Positions 52,130-64,000 of a stretch of DNA of 64,000 bases are shown here, in pieces. This DNA comes from Gnetum montanum (lineage: Eukaryota > Plantae > Gnetophyta). How positions within the stretch are numbered: the stretch's first letter is position 1; every line of letters starts with the position of its first letter. The notes under the pieces were generated by a model, which searched no databases, was not told the DNA's origin, and worked only from the letters and a program-made list of their open reading frames with translations. The position numbers and the translations under genes were made by a program. The stretch covers positions 62,243-126,242 of the forward strand of contig MNCI01002197.1 in assembly GCA_015680685.1 (NCBI GenBank). Direction: 5' to 3'.

Positions 52130-52625
52130 CAAAGTCTGCTATGATTATAAACTAGCACAACAAGTCTACTATGACTATAAATTGGCATAGTAAGTCTACT
52201 ATGAAACTAGCATAGCAAGTCCACTATGACTATAAACTAGCACAGCTAGTCTGCTACAACTATAAACTGGCATAACTAGTTTGCTATAACTATAACTGGC
52301 ATAGCTAGTCCTCTATGAGTATAAACTAGCACAACTCATTTGCTATGACATTAAACTAGCAACCAAACCTCAAGTCTAATATGACTCTAAACTGGCATAG
52401 AAAGTCTGCTATGTCTATAAACTAGCATAGCTTGTCCTTACATCATGATGTTAAACTACCACAACATCCACTATATGCTACGATGTTAAACTAGCACTCA
52501 GGTATTTGCTAGGACTATAAAGTAGCATGTCATGGTTTTCCAAGACCTTAAAACTAGGCTCACGATTTTCTAGGACCCTAAACTAGCAAAGCATACGATC
52601 TGCCATGACCTTAAACTAGGTTCAT
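52130..52625 (+). repeat. About 29-bp tandem array downstream of integrase
   Basis: Unit aagtctgctatgactataaactggcatag repeated about 15 times with drift. Confidence 0.88.
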
Positions 52626-54005
52626 AGTTCAACACACATAGTTCTGTGGACAAGCAAGGGAGAATACTTCCAACTTCACACCATCTACCTACATCTTGTG
52701 GGCAAGGCAGGGACACTATCATTCTAGAATCGATTTCTTCTCATTGGGAGAGACCTCTGGAACATTTGCAACATTACCACCCCCAGCATTTTTTTGATCT
52801 TTTGGAACCACCCTTGAGCATTTTGCTGACCATTCAGAGCTCCTGCCACAGTTGACAACACTAGCAACTCTAGGCTGCACATGCAGCATTACCGACCTTG
52901 GGCATGTCACTAGTGCTTTGAGATCTCATCATCAAAACAACTCTCTTCAAGCACTTGCAATTGCTCCAGTTGTTGTAGCACTTGTAGCACCCTCGTATCT
53001 AGTAGTTTACTCTCATCTCATGTTGTGTGGTTGTTTTCTTATTTCCTCTACATTGTGTTTCTAGGAAAAATCCCCAGAGGCAGTCATGCAGAGATGCATC
53101 TTATTGCAGTAGCAGGCCACCATGTTTCTCTAATGTGCATTATTGGACTAGCCAAGCCACTCAATAGTGCACATCCCTATTTACCCTGCTATAGCCTACT
53201 TGCATTTATCCCTTTTACCTTGCATTTTCCTACTTTCCCCTACATCACCAAGCTTGCAAACCCCTCCGATGCACATGGTACTTTCTCTAAGTCAACTACA
53301 GAACCCATAGTGGACATAATGTAACTTTTCTCATGGGAAGCCTGTGTGAACCAATCAAAGCCCAAGAGGATGTAATGCAAATCATCCTGAGGAGGAAGCA
53401 CCTATCCTACAGGCATGACATGGTTGCACTAAAGCAAAGCCCATTAGGTGGCATGCAATTCACTTGATGGAAAGCATTTTGCAACTAGCATTTTGTAATG
53501 TGCAAAACCAAAGTAGGTTCACCTTACAACCACAAAAGCAAAAAATGCAAAAAAACAAAAACAAAAGGAAAATGGGGCAAAACATGTCCCCAAGCAAAGA
53601 TTAGCAGGGTTGCAATTTCACAATAGGTCCAACATTGAATCCATGCTGACCTTCTCATAAGCACTTTGATGAGAGGTCACAATTTTAGGGATGATCCATT
53701 TTGATGCCATAGACGCTGACCCTCTCACAAGCATGCTGACAAGAGGTCACTATTTTGTTAACAAGCCATCCTAGTGCTGCACCTTGCAGTATCACACTTT
53801 GCATTTCATTCCCTTCTTAATCCACAACACATTCCCTAAGTCCTTTATCTCTAACATAACATTACCCTTAGCACTCTTGAGCATGTACAACAACATTTGA
53901 TCAAGTACCGATGAGTGATGTTGATGCCAAGCTTGTTGTGGTGTTTTGTGTTCTTTATTGATGTCTCTTGGGCCACTCCTCTAGATGTTAACAAAGAGGG
54001 GCCAA

Positions 54006-55471
54006 TGAAATACCACCAAATTTGGGCTCTCAAGTCTCGACTACAAATTTATCTAAGTGTCAAAACATGGCAATTTTTTTCAAAGTGTTGAGACTACGCT
54101 CACCACTGCTGGGACTATGATCTAGAGCCTAGTCAGTGTAGTTAACACAAATAGTCCAAATTTGCAAGATTTTTCTAAGTATTGATGGTAGCTACAAAAT
54201 TTTCTAAGTGTCAAGGCTATGCTCTCACCTCCAGGACTATGCTCTAGAGCATAGTCAACATTGTCAGCACTAGAACACATTTTTTGCAAAATATGTTTAA
54301 TTGTTGGGACTATGCTCCAGAGCATAGTTAGCATAGTCATGCAAAACTACCTCCAAAAGCCTCTAGAGCATAGCACCAACCTTCATCTCAGCTCCAACAT
54401 TCCTTTGGCAAGAAAAATTAGTAATTTCCACTTCTTTTGCAATCCCCCCTCCCATTTGCCCCCAAATTGTACCTATGCTTGACACCACTCGAGAGACTGA
54501 ACAGCATAGTCTCAGAGTGTAGTCTCCAAAATTGCACTATTTTGCATTGTTTTTAGGTACATTGCTATCTGTTTAGCACCTACACATGCAGTCTTGGTAG
54601 TGTAGTCATAGTCTAGTAGCCTCACAAGGTCCATTGGAGCACACTAGCAAAACACCATTTGCTTTGGTGGGAGCATAGTTGGGACTAGCGTAGTCTTAAC
54701 TACTCCTATGTGACATGGCGTACGATTTGTAATTCACACTAATCCTAGGCCTATAAATGCCCTAGCATTTCATGTTTTAGGGGTTAGCAATTCTTGCATT
54801 TGGTTGGTAAATTTGAGCATTGGCATTCTTGGCATCCTTACATCCGAGAGCACTTGGCATTTTGGAAAATACTATTGCACATCATCATAGCAGTGGTGCA
54901 AACCTTCTTGCACACTACAGACCACCATAGCCCACATGACACTATGACTTCCAACCCAGCAGACCCAAACTTCATAGTGGACATCAATCTTCATAGTCCA
55001 AATGCCCTAATATTGTGACTATGCTACCTACTGTGCCTGTCTGTACACCATGTACCTCCTCACCTTTCTTTACAGTTAACTACACTTTCCCCCATTTGGG
55101 GTGGTGCTAATTTCTCTCTCACTCTCTCTCACTCATGCTGTGTGCATTTTTAGCATTTTTTCCCACATTCTAGCATTTTACTTGCATTTTTCACTATTTT
55201 TTGCACATATTTGCACGTTTGCACCTTTGTTTTACACCAGAAACCTTAACTATGCTCACCCTAGTTGACACCGTGGATGTTGCAAACACTGTGTAAACCC
55301 TTAGCATTCATTTTAGCATAACACCCCGTAAGTCTCAGTTTGATTGACAAGATCATTCTGAGCACCCCACCTCCATGTCTAGCAGGCCCTCATGTAGACA
55401 CAAGGTCAAGGTTGTATTATCATGAACCTCTCGATGTACCATTCCAACCTTTGATGTTTTCGATCACTACA
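54006..55471 (+). repeat. Tat-3 3' LTR (1466 bp)
   Basis: TGAAATACCACC...tcactaCA, after the PPT and before the TSD. Confidence 0.94.
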
Positions 55472-56534
55472 CATGCAAAACTCAAACATCACCATGATTT
55501 ATTGTAAGCTCTTTTAGAAAAGCTAGGTAAATGAACACTCATGGTTATGTCATGATCTGGTATTCTATAGATCAAGAATTATGATACAATCATGGTATAC
55601 ATCAAAAAAGTTCAAAAGCTTTAGAACACTTAAATTGTTCATTATAGTTTAACCACAACTTGTAGCACACTCATGGTCTACATCCATAACCTAATCATGA
55701 CTCATGATGGACCTATGATTGGCATATTATGTTTATTTTCAATTATTTGCAAGTTCATGACTCATGGTGAAGCTCCACAACTGAACTATGACCCACAATA
55801 AGACATTACAACTCATGGTCAACTTGTACTGTAATACCATAGTCAAGTACCATCTCATAGTTGTGCTTGTGGTGCTCTTTTATGATGAATCTAGAGCTTA
55901 CATTTTTATAGTAGGTTCCCATCAAAAAAATTATTCCACTATAACAATTTTAAGATCTTATCAAAGATAGAGAATTCCAAGATTACAGATATTATGGTTG
56001 GAACATCAACCTCCTTCAATCTAATCCTCCAAGATACTAAGTCTAATAGTAATATTAGAGCATAATGATCTTATAAATAAAATGAGGTATAAGCTATTTT
56101 ATAATATCAATAAATATTATTTAGAAAATGCTTAAAGATGAGGAAATTTATTTTTTGAAGCATCATTGAAGTTGAAATATGCATATGAATATGAAGTAAT
56201 CATGAAGTCTACTATTTGTGAAACATGTTTAAAGGCCTTGTATCTTCTTCTTGATGTAAGCCTCAAATGATGGCATTTGTATTTTTTCCTTTAATGACCT
56301 TTGTTTCAAGATGAAATTTTTATTTCTCATAATTATTTGTTTTCATTATTTTAAGCTTTTGAAATAAATACATATATTTTGTAAATGTGGCAAGCAAGGA
56401 AGGTTGCCAAAGGAAAATGGCAAACCCACATGAGGTGTTGCCTTAGGATGTAAGACTATCTTTAAAAAGGCACTCAATCATACACCAAGAGTAGACTATA
56501 GGCATCTCAATGAGGCTTTACCCTAGGATGTATG

Positions 56535-59500
56535 TGAAAAGATAGTATGATATGCAAGTAGTTTTTAGCTAGCCATGTAACTTGGGAAAGAAAACCATGT
56601 ATGTAATTTGTTTTATTAGGAACTAAAAGATAAAATTGATTTTATTTTTTGAAAAATAAATTAATGGATCTATCTACATGTTTATGGTCTCAATTCATCA
56701 TTTTTTCAATTATTTTTTTATGATTTAGGAGAAACTTTTCATTAATCCAAAATATAATCCCAATCACTTCCTATAAATTTTAGGGCCATACCATTTTGTA
56801 AGATACATGATTTTTATAAAAATAGATTTATCAAGAAATTACTCAATAACTTTGACTTTTCATCTTCTCTATTTTCAAAATAAATTCTTTCTAGTTAATT
56901 TCATCATTGATCATCAACCTTCCTTACCTATAGGAGGTTTTCATAAGACCATATTTCATCTAATTCATTCATTCAACATCATCAATAAAATTTCTAAATA
57001 ATATCTATCTATGGCAATTTGAAAATATTATCATTAGAAGATCTACAATCATCAAATCTTCTTCATCATTAATTTACATAAATTTGATTTAAGGTTGTTC
57101 AAAACATCATTTCAAATTCATCACTCATCCTCAAGGACATCAAAGATTAATTTTTCTTTAACATCCTATCTGGAATTTCTTTACAATCAAAGTTTTTCTT
57201 CCTATCACAAGCACACCATAACTCATGGTATTTTATACCATGAGTCATGGACTACTTTTGGAATCCTTAATTTTTCACCATATGGCCACCACCACCACCA
57301 CCACCACTGGTTTTAGAATTTTACTCAAATGAGTAATCATAACCTAACCATGACTTGTGGTGAAATACCACAAATCGTGGTTTTAAAAAAATAAAGAAAA
57401 TACACCACTATTAGTGGTCACATTATAGCCTCACATTATAGCCTATTAGTGATTTTAAAATATTTAAAATCACTTTATATTCAGAGAAAAATAAAAATAT
57501 TATCATTATATTATTTCTTAAATATCACCAAATTAGTATCAAAGTTGGGCAAAGATACCATGAATTCCAAACACATTCCTAAATGCTCTATGTTCTTTAG
57601 TGCTTCTCAAGACTTAAACTTATGATCAAGACTTATGCAAGGCCTACTTAAACACAATGACTATTGTGATATTTTTTAGACTTAATTTGAATATATCCGT
57701 AACTTTGAAGACATGATAAGGACTCAAATCAAAGAATATGAGAGCAAAAAAGGAAAGAATAATTTGACTACTAGTATGCTACTAGCTAGTATTTTAGACA
57801 TCATATCAATAAAACTCATTTTCCATTAGACTACCAAACACATGTGGGATATCCTTAAGCTTGAATACAAGGTTAATATTGAAAATAGAAAAATAAGTAC
57901 TTTTTTATAAGCAAGAATTTGATGCACTTGAAATACAAGCCAATGAAGATATTAAAATATTTTTCTCCAAAATGTACATTAGCATGAATATGGATGTGGT
58001 TACTGTATAGGAAAAAAGGTACAAAAGGTAATTCAAGTTCTCTCCACAAATTGAAGATATGAAAACACAATGGAAAATATTGTACTATCAAACGACCTTA
58101 ATATGCTTAGCATAGATCAACTACTGGCATAGATTTGTACTATTCAAAGTATGAAGGCTAGAAGAAATTATAATATATATGAACAAAGAGTTAAAGAAGG
58201 TAGGTTTAAAGGTAGAGGAAGACAAAATCAGTATAACACAAGAAATCAAAATTCTCAAGACTATGAAAACAAATCAAAGAATCAATACAAATGTAAAAGA
58301 TTCCAACATAACAAAGGAAAAGGACAAAAAAGATGAAGGTGGAACTACAATTAGAGAAATTCCTTCATTCCACAATGTAGATTCTGTAGGTAAATAAGCC
58401 ACACCATTGAAGATTGCTATACAAGAATAGCATTTAAAGCCCATCAATAATAGAAAAGCATGAAAAGACATCAATACTAAAGACAACTCTTATTAAGATA
58501 ATTACTTAAGCTTGAATGTTATTAACATCATTAATTAGAATACATGGATTATTGATGGTGGGTGTTCAAAACACATGACATCCAACAAAGATCATTTCCT
58601 CAACTAAAAATTAAATAAACTTGGTAATATCAAGATTGATGATGGAAAATACCTAAACATAGAAGGCATGGAAGATTGCATTGTAATGTTAACCAACAAT
58701 AAGGTCATGTCTATCTCAGAATTTTTTTATGTTCAAAACCTATCCAATTCATTACTCTGAGTTCACAAATGGTAACTAAAGGCATCAATGTAAACTTCAA
58801 GAATAATTTATGCACCATGATAAAACCAAATGCAAAATACATCTACAAAATCTAAAACCTTAGTAATAGAATTTACTATATAAATTATGATTACTTTGAT
58901 CTAAAGAGAAATCTCATTGAAATGACATAAATTAATAAAATTATATCAAACATATTGATTAAATAAAACAACATCAAGTGAAAACCACCAATCTTACCTC
59001 TACAAAAGTTTCAAAAGATTAAAATTCCTCAATGTAATATGAAGAAGCCAAAATTTAACATAAGAAACTTGGACATACTTCATATCTCAAAATTAAAAAA
59101 TGAAAAAGACTAAAAAAAAGCTATCAGTATCAAAATTAGAGATATTTCAAAGGACAATTTTAAATATGGATCCAAGGCAAGTAGATAAATTCACCTCATA
59201 CAAATATAATGGATAGTACAAATGAATCCCTTAAACTATTGCATATGGATTTTCTTCAACCCATGCCTACCACTTCTATTTGAGGAGAAAACCATTGTTT
59301 TGTTATTGTAGATGACTAATCTAGGTTTACTTAGACCTACAATTTCAAAACAAAAGATAAGTCTTTTAGCAAATTTGAAAACATTTTTTAACCTTATGAA
59401 AAATTCAATGAACATGACCATCAAAGCCATACAAATAGATAGCGGAGAAAAGTTCATCAATAAAATCTTAGAGGACTTTTGTATTTAAAAAAAGGTATTT

Positions 59501-62500
59501 TTTCACCAAACCACATGTAGATAGTACCCACAATCTAATGCCATCACTCAAAGCAAAAATAGAACACTAAAAAATATGATGAGGTGTCTTCTCAAAATGG
59601 AAATCTAACAAATAGCAACTAAAGTATGAAAATAGCTATATTTTCTTATATATCAAATAGAATTATTATTAGTAACAAAAAACTTATTATGAACTTTTTT
59701 CTAACAAGCTTCCTAACATCTCATACATGCAAACTTTTGGTTGTGATTGCTACATGAAAACACCAAAATAATTTTTGTGCAAATTTGATGACAAAGAAAA
59801 ACAATGCATCTTTCATGGATATGACTCTAAAACTAGTGGCTATAAATGTTATGACCCAGTTGAACATAAATGGTATTCTTCAAGAGATGTAATTTTTTTT
59901 AGAACAATCTAGAATTTTAGATTTTCATCTAGGAAGAAGGAAAATTCATTCTCAAACTAAATCAAACTATTAAGTTCAAAGAGATCACCCACATAATAAA
60001 AGTTTTAATAGAAACTTTAAAAGAAGGATCACAAGGTCAAACGCAATTGCCAACATCACATACTAAACACTTAACCAAAAACCTTCAAATGTAGAAAAAG
60101 CCTTAAAGATCAAACAATGGAAGAAACCTATAGATGAAGAATATGAACCTCATCCTTAACAATAACACATGGAAATTGGTAGATAGACCAAAAGAAATGA
60201 AAATCATAGACTGAAAATAGTTGTACAAATTAAAATTCAATGAAAATAAGAAATCATTAAATAAAAAAAAGATTTGCAACAAGAGGATTTATGCAAAAGA
60301 GGTGTATCAAGTATGAAGAATTTTTTTTACTAGTAGCAAGCTTTGAAATGATTAAACTCATACTTTCTATTGCTACCCATAAAAATTTGAAATTATGTTA
60401 AATAGATATGAACTTCACCTTCTTAAATGGGTTTATAAATCAAGAATTATCTGTTTATCAACCTACATGTTACATCATAAAAGGTATGGAAAATAAAATA
60501 TGAAAGCTAAACAAAGCTTTGTGTGGACTGAAATAGGTACTTAGGACATGGTTTCATGGAATTAATAATTTTCTACTAAATAAAACTACTCATGCATTAT
60601 TGAAGCAACCCTTTATTTCAAACATGATAAAGACCCTTTATTTCAAACATGATAAAGAAGACTTTATCATCATATCTCTATCTGTAGATTATCTTGTATT
60701 CACTACCACAAATGAAAGGCTAATAAAAGAATAAATTAGACATGAAAAATGAGTTTGAAACGAAATATCTTTTAATTGTTAAATTCACATCCTTATTTTA
60801 AGTTGAAAAATAGAATAAGTGCATCAAATATCATCAAAGAAAATATGCAACATCAATCTTGGAAAAATATAATATCAAAGAGAAAATCACAAATACACCT
60901 ATTTCTCACAACATAAAATGATAAATTAAAGATCAAATCCCATTGGTAGTGCCACAACTTACAAAATCATGATAGAATCATTAAGATTTCTATGTTATAC
61001 AAGACTTAATCTAGAATTTACAGCATCTTATCTATCGTGTTTCATGCAAAAACTAAGACAATCCCACTATGGAGCTTTCGTTCATGTACTTATATATGTA
61101 AAAGGTACTGCTAATCATGTACTAAAATATACAAAAGTGAATGAACAAATTAAAGCTTATTCAAATGTTGATTCAGGACAAGACAATAATTATAGAAAAT
61201 CAACCTCAAGAGTAATTATCTTCCATGGAAACTATACAATAAATTGGAAATAAAAATAATAAACTTCAATTAGTCTTTCAACATGTGAGGCAAGATTTAT
61301 AGCTATGGTTAAATGCATGCAACATATACTTTAGATAAAAAATACTTATAAATAATCTTGTCTTTTAGATCAAATTACCAATCAAACTACTATGTCACAA
61401 TACCTTAGCTATTCAATTGTCAATTAAGCATGCACTACATAAGAAATCAAAATACATAGACATTAAATACTACTTTATAACACAAGAAGTGAATAAGGGA
61501 AATATTAAACCTATACATGTAGAGTTTAATGAATAATTAGCTAATTTATTGACTAAATCTCTATTGCATTATAGGAATGAGCACCTCTAGCATGGTATAG
61601 ACATCATGAAGATATCAAAATCAAGTTAGACACTAAAGGAAGTAATTTAAAACTAGTATGTCATGTAAGAATGTTTTAGCTAGCCATGTAACTTAGAAAT
61701 TAAATCCATATTTGTAATTTATTTTATAGAGAATTAAAAGAAAAAATTTATTTTATTTTTTGAAAAATAAATTGGTAGGTGAATGTACATGTTTACAATG
61801 ACAATTCATCATTTTTAAATTATTTTTTATTTTTATGATTCAATAATGACATTTCATTAATCTCAAGTAGGTTCCAATCATTTCCTATAAATTTGAAGGC
61901 CATACCATGTTGGAAGATGCTTGATTTTTAGAAATAAATAATTGTTCTAAATTTTCTTAACAACTTTACTTTTCATCTTCCCTATCTTTAAATTGAATTC
62001 TACCTAGTCAATATCATCACTAATTACCAACCTTTCTCATCTATAACACATTTTCACAAGAACATTTATCATCTACTTCAATCATTCAATATGATTAATA
62101 AACTTTTCAAATAATATTAGTCTATGATAATTAGAAAATATTATCATTAGAAGATCTATAAGCATTAAATTTTATTCATCATCATTTTACATAATTTTAA
62201 TCCAATGTTGGTTAGAACATCATTTCAAATCCATCACAAAATATCTACAACATCAAAGATTGAGTTTTCTTTGACATCCTGCCTTGAATTTTTTAAGAAT
62301 TGAAGTTTTTCTTCCCAACATGACCACACCATGACTTGTATTTCAAAACATGACTCATGGTCAACTATTGGAATTCTTAGTTTTTCACCATGTGGTCACC
62401 ACCACTCATGATTTCAGAATTTGACTCAAATAATTGATCACACCCCCATTACAATTCATGGTTAACAATCATGACTCATGGTAAAATACCACAACTCATG

Positions 62501-62845
62501 GTTTTATAGTAAAAATAATGAAAATACACCATAACTCATGGTTACATTGTGGGCTAACCATATGGCTCAAAAAACCTAAGATTTCTAGGTTTTTATTATA
62601 GCACAACTTGTGGTCTAGTCTTGATATCCTTAGTGTTTATTATTTCTCTATTTTTTAGAGACCATGACTTGTGGTCAACTCATTGTACTCTCACGATAAC
62701 TTATGGTATAATACTAGAGCTCATGGTACACTTAGAAATCAATACCACGACTCATGATCAACTCATGATATTTACAAAATCTAAAATCACTTCATATTCA
62801 AAGTAGAAATTGAGATATTATCATTAGATTATTTCTAAAGCATCA
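56535..62845 (+). mobile_element. Old Ty1/copia element, LTRs about 56535-57529 and 61647-62845
   Basis: Paired LTRs (ttttagctagccatgtaactt...); PBS tagtatcaaag (degenerate tRNA-Met TGGTATCAGAGC) at 57534; CX2CX4HX4C about 58376; WIIDGGCSKHMT; HKKLGH; IQIDSGEKF; RT; RNase H ending ANLLTK; order PR-INT-RT-RH. Confidence 0.88.
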
Positions 62846-63419
62846 ATAGTACTTGTGGCCTAAAAAGGTACAAAATCAAGGTTAGTGTGTTAAAGTATAT
62901 TTCAAAATTGTAACTCACATAGTCAAATGATGTAAAAGTTTCAAATTACTAAAAGTTGTAAAAGTCCTAAGTAAAATGTAAGGATCCAAAAGATATCATA
63001 TTCTCAAGCCTACATGGCAAGTTATAATGGCCTAGATAGGCCTTGATTATTTTAGCCCATAGAAACACTATGATTTATCTCAAGATGTACTATTGTAGCA
63101 TAAGTACCAAAGATAACCCAAGAGAAGGCCTAATGTTATATTTGTAATATAGCCCAAGAGGCATGAATGACTCAAAACAAGTTAATATAAAGAGGCCCAT
63201 GAATGGCTTAAATTGATGAAGTAATTGGAGATTCCAAGAAGGCATGAAAGATGACCCTAATTCGTCAAGGTTCTAAATACCAAATATGACTCATGAAAAG
63301 CCATCAAAAAATTAAAATGAAAAGCGAAGCAATAAAGAACATAAAAATTATTTAAAAAATTTAGACTCAAACTTCAAAAAAGCCTCTAAGTTGAATAATT
63401 CTAAAAGGAAAAAAAACTT

Positions 63420-64000
63420 TGATGAGACACGGTTCGCACAAGCCGCGATATCGCATCCCCCGTGATATCGCGTCCTTCCCTACGATATCGNNNNNNNNNN
63501 NNNNNNNNNNNNNNNNNNNNNNNNNNNNNNNNNNNNNNNNNNNNNNNNNNNNNNNNNNNNNNNNNNNNNNNNNNNNNNNNNNNNNNNNNNNNNNNNNNNN
63601 NNNNNNNNNNNNNNNNNNNNNNNNNNNNNNNNNNNNNNNNNNNNNNNNNNNNNNNNNNNNNNNNNNNNNNNNNNNNNNNNNNNNNNNNNNNNNNNNNNNN
63701 NNNNNNNNNNNNNNNNNNNNNNNNNNNNNNNNNNNNNNNNNNNNNNNNNNNNNNNNNNNNNNNNNNNNNNNNNNNNNNNNNNNNNNNNNNNNNNNNNNNN
63801 NNNNNNNNNNNNNNNNNNNNNNNNNNNNCCATCAAGAGTCGCATTAGAATTAGAACACGTCATACACCTCATCTAGACTAAACCATACGTGACATATGCA
63901 AAACTANGTCTACGCTTGGTAATTCCAGTGGCGTACCTAGGCCTATGCTTAGTAGTCCTAGTGGCAGTTGTGCACGAAGTCCAAGATGTGTATGGTTGAT
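63420..64000 (+). repeat. Young Athila-family LTR running into an assembly gap
   Basis: Starts TGATGA and is CpG-rich; post-gap sequence matches the reverse complement of 13190-13400. Confidence 0.6.

Larger units (their letters stand above)
36549..55471 (+). mobile_element. Complete 18.9-kb Tat/Ogre-type LTR retrotransposon Tat-3 (gag-PR, spacer with antisense gene, RT-RH-aRH-INT)
   Basis: Perfect TSD CATGC (36544-36548 / 55472-55476); LTRs TG...CA; PBS tggtgctagaaggaggg 37991-38007; PPT 53990-54005. Confidence 0.95.

Noticed and set aside
52130-52625. CRISPR-like appearance of the ~29-bp repeats (also the 72-bp and 17-bp arrays)
   Set aside because: Head-to-tail degenerate units with no unique spacers, no cas genes, and a plant retrotransposon context
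57285-57308. Poly-His ORF end
   Set aside because: (CAC)n microsatellite within the copia LTR
63401-63881. Long ORFs in the track
   Set aside because: Span an N gap; artefacts

Overview
Eukaryotic (land-plant) repeat-rich DNA with no intact host gene. It is a nest of decayed LTR retrotransposons. (1) Ty3/gypsy Athila-like pieces: a pol remnant plus 3' LTR at 1-2589, two minus-strand 5' ends, a solo LTR split by a later insertion, and a young LTR at the window end. (2) Ty3/gypsy Tat/Ogre-type elements with a tRNA-Asn-type PBS and an extra archaeal-type RNase H: a truncated copy (6297-11545), a gag-pro-only copy with TSD CTAGG (13405-22743), an orphan pol with a 3' antisense ORF (27513-35330) interrupted by a solo LTR with TSD AATAT, and a complete 18.9-kb copy with TSD CATGC (36549-55471). 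(3) An old Ty1/copia element (about 56535-62845). Host-derived debris at 25.1-26.9 kb comprises an ARF1 processed pseudogene and an LRR-RLK fragment with a 72-bp tandem amplification. The main discovery is inside the complete Tat element. A ~6.4-kb intron-like spacer between protease and RT carries a decayed 7-exon ANTISENSE gene (42923-46253, about 920 codons, six 88-107 bp introns). It encodes an FCP1/SCP-like (NIF, HAD-fold) phosphatase-like domain fused to a PMD/plant-transposon-protein-like domain. All domain calls come from manual translation and motif recognition, not database searches.
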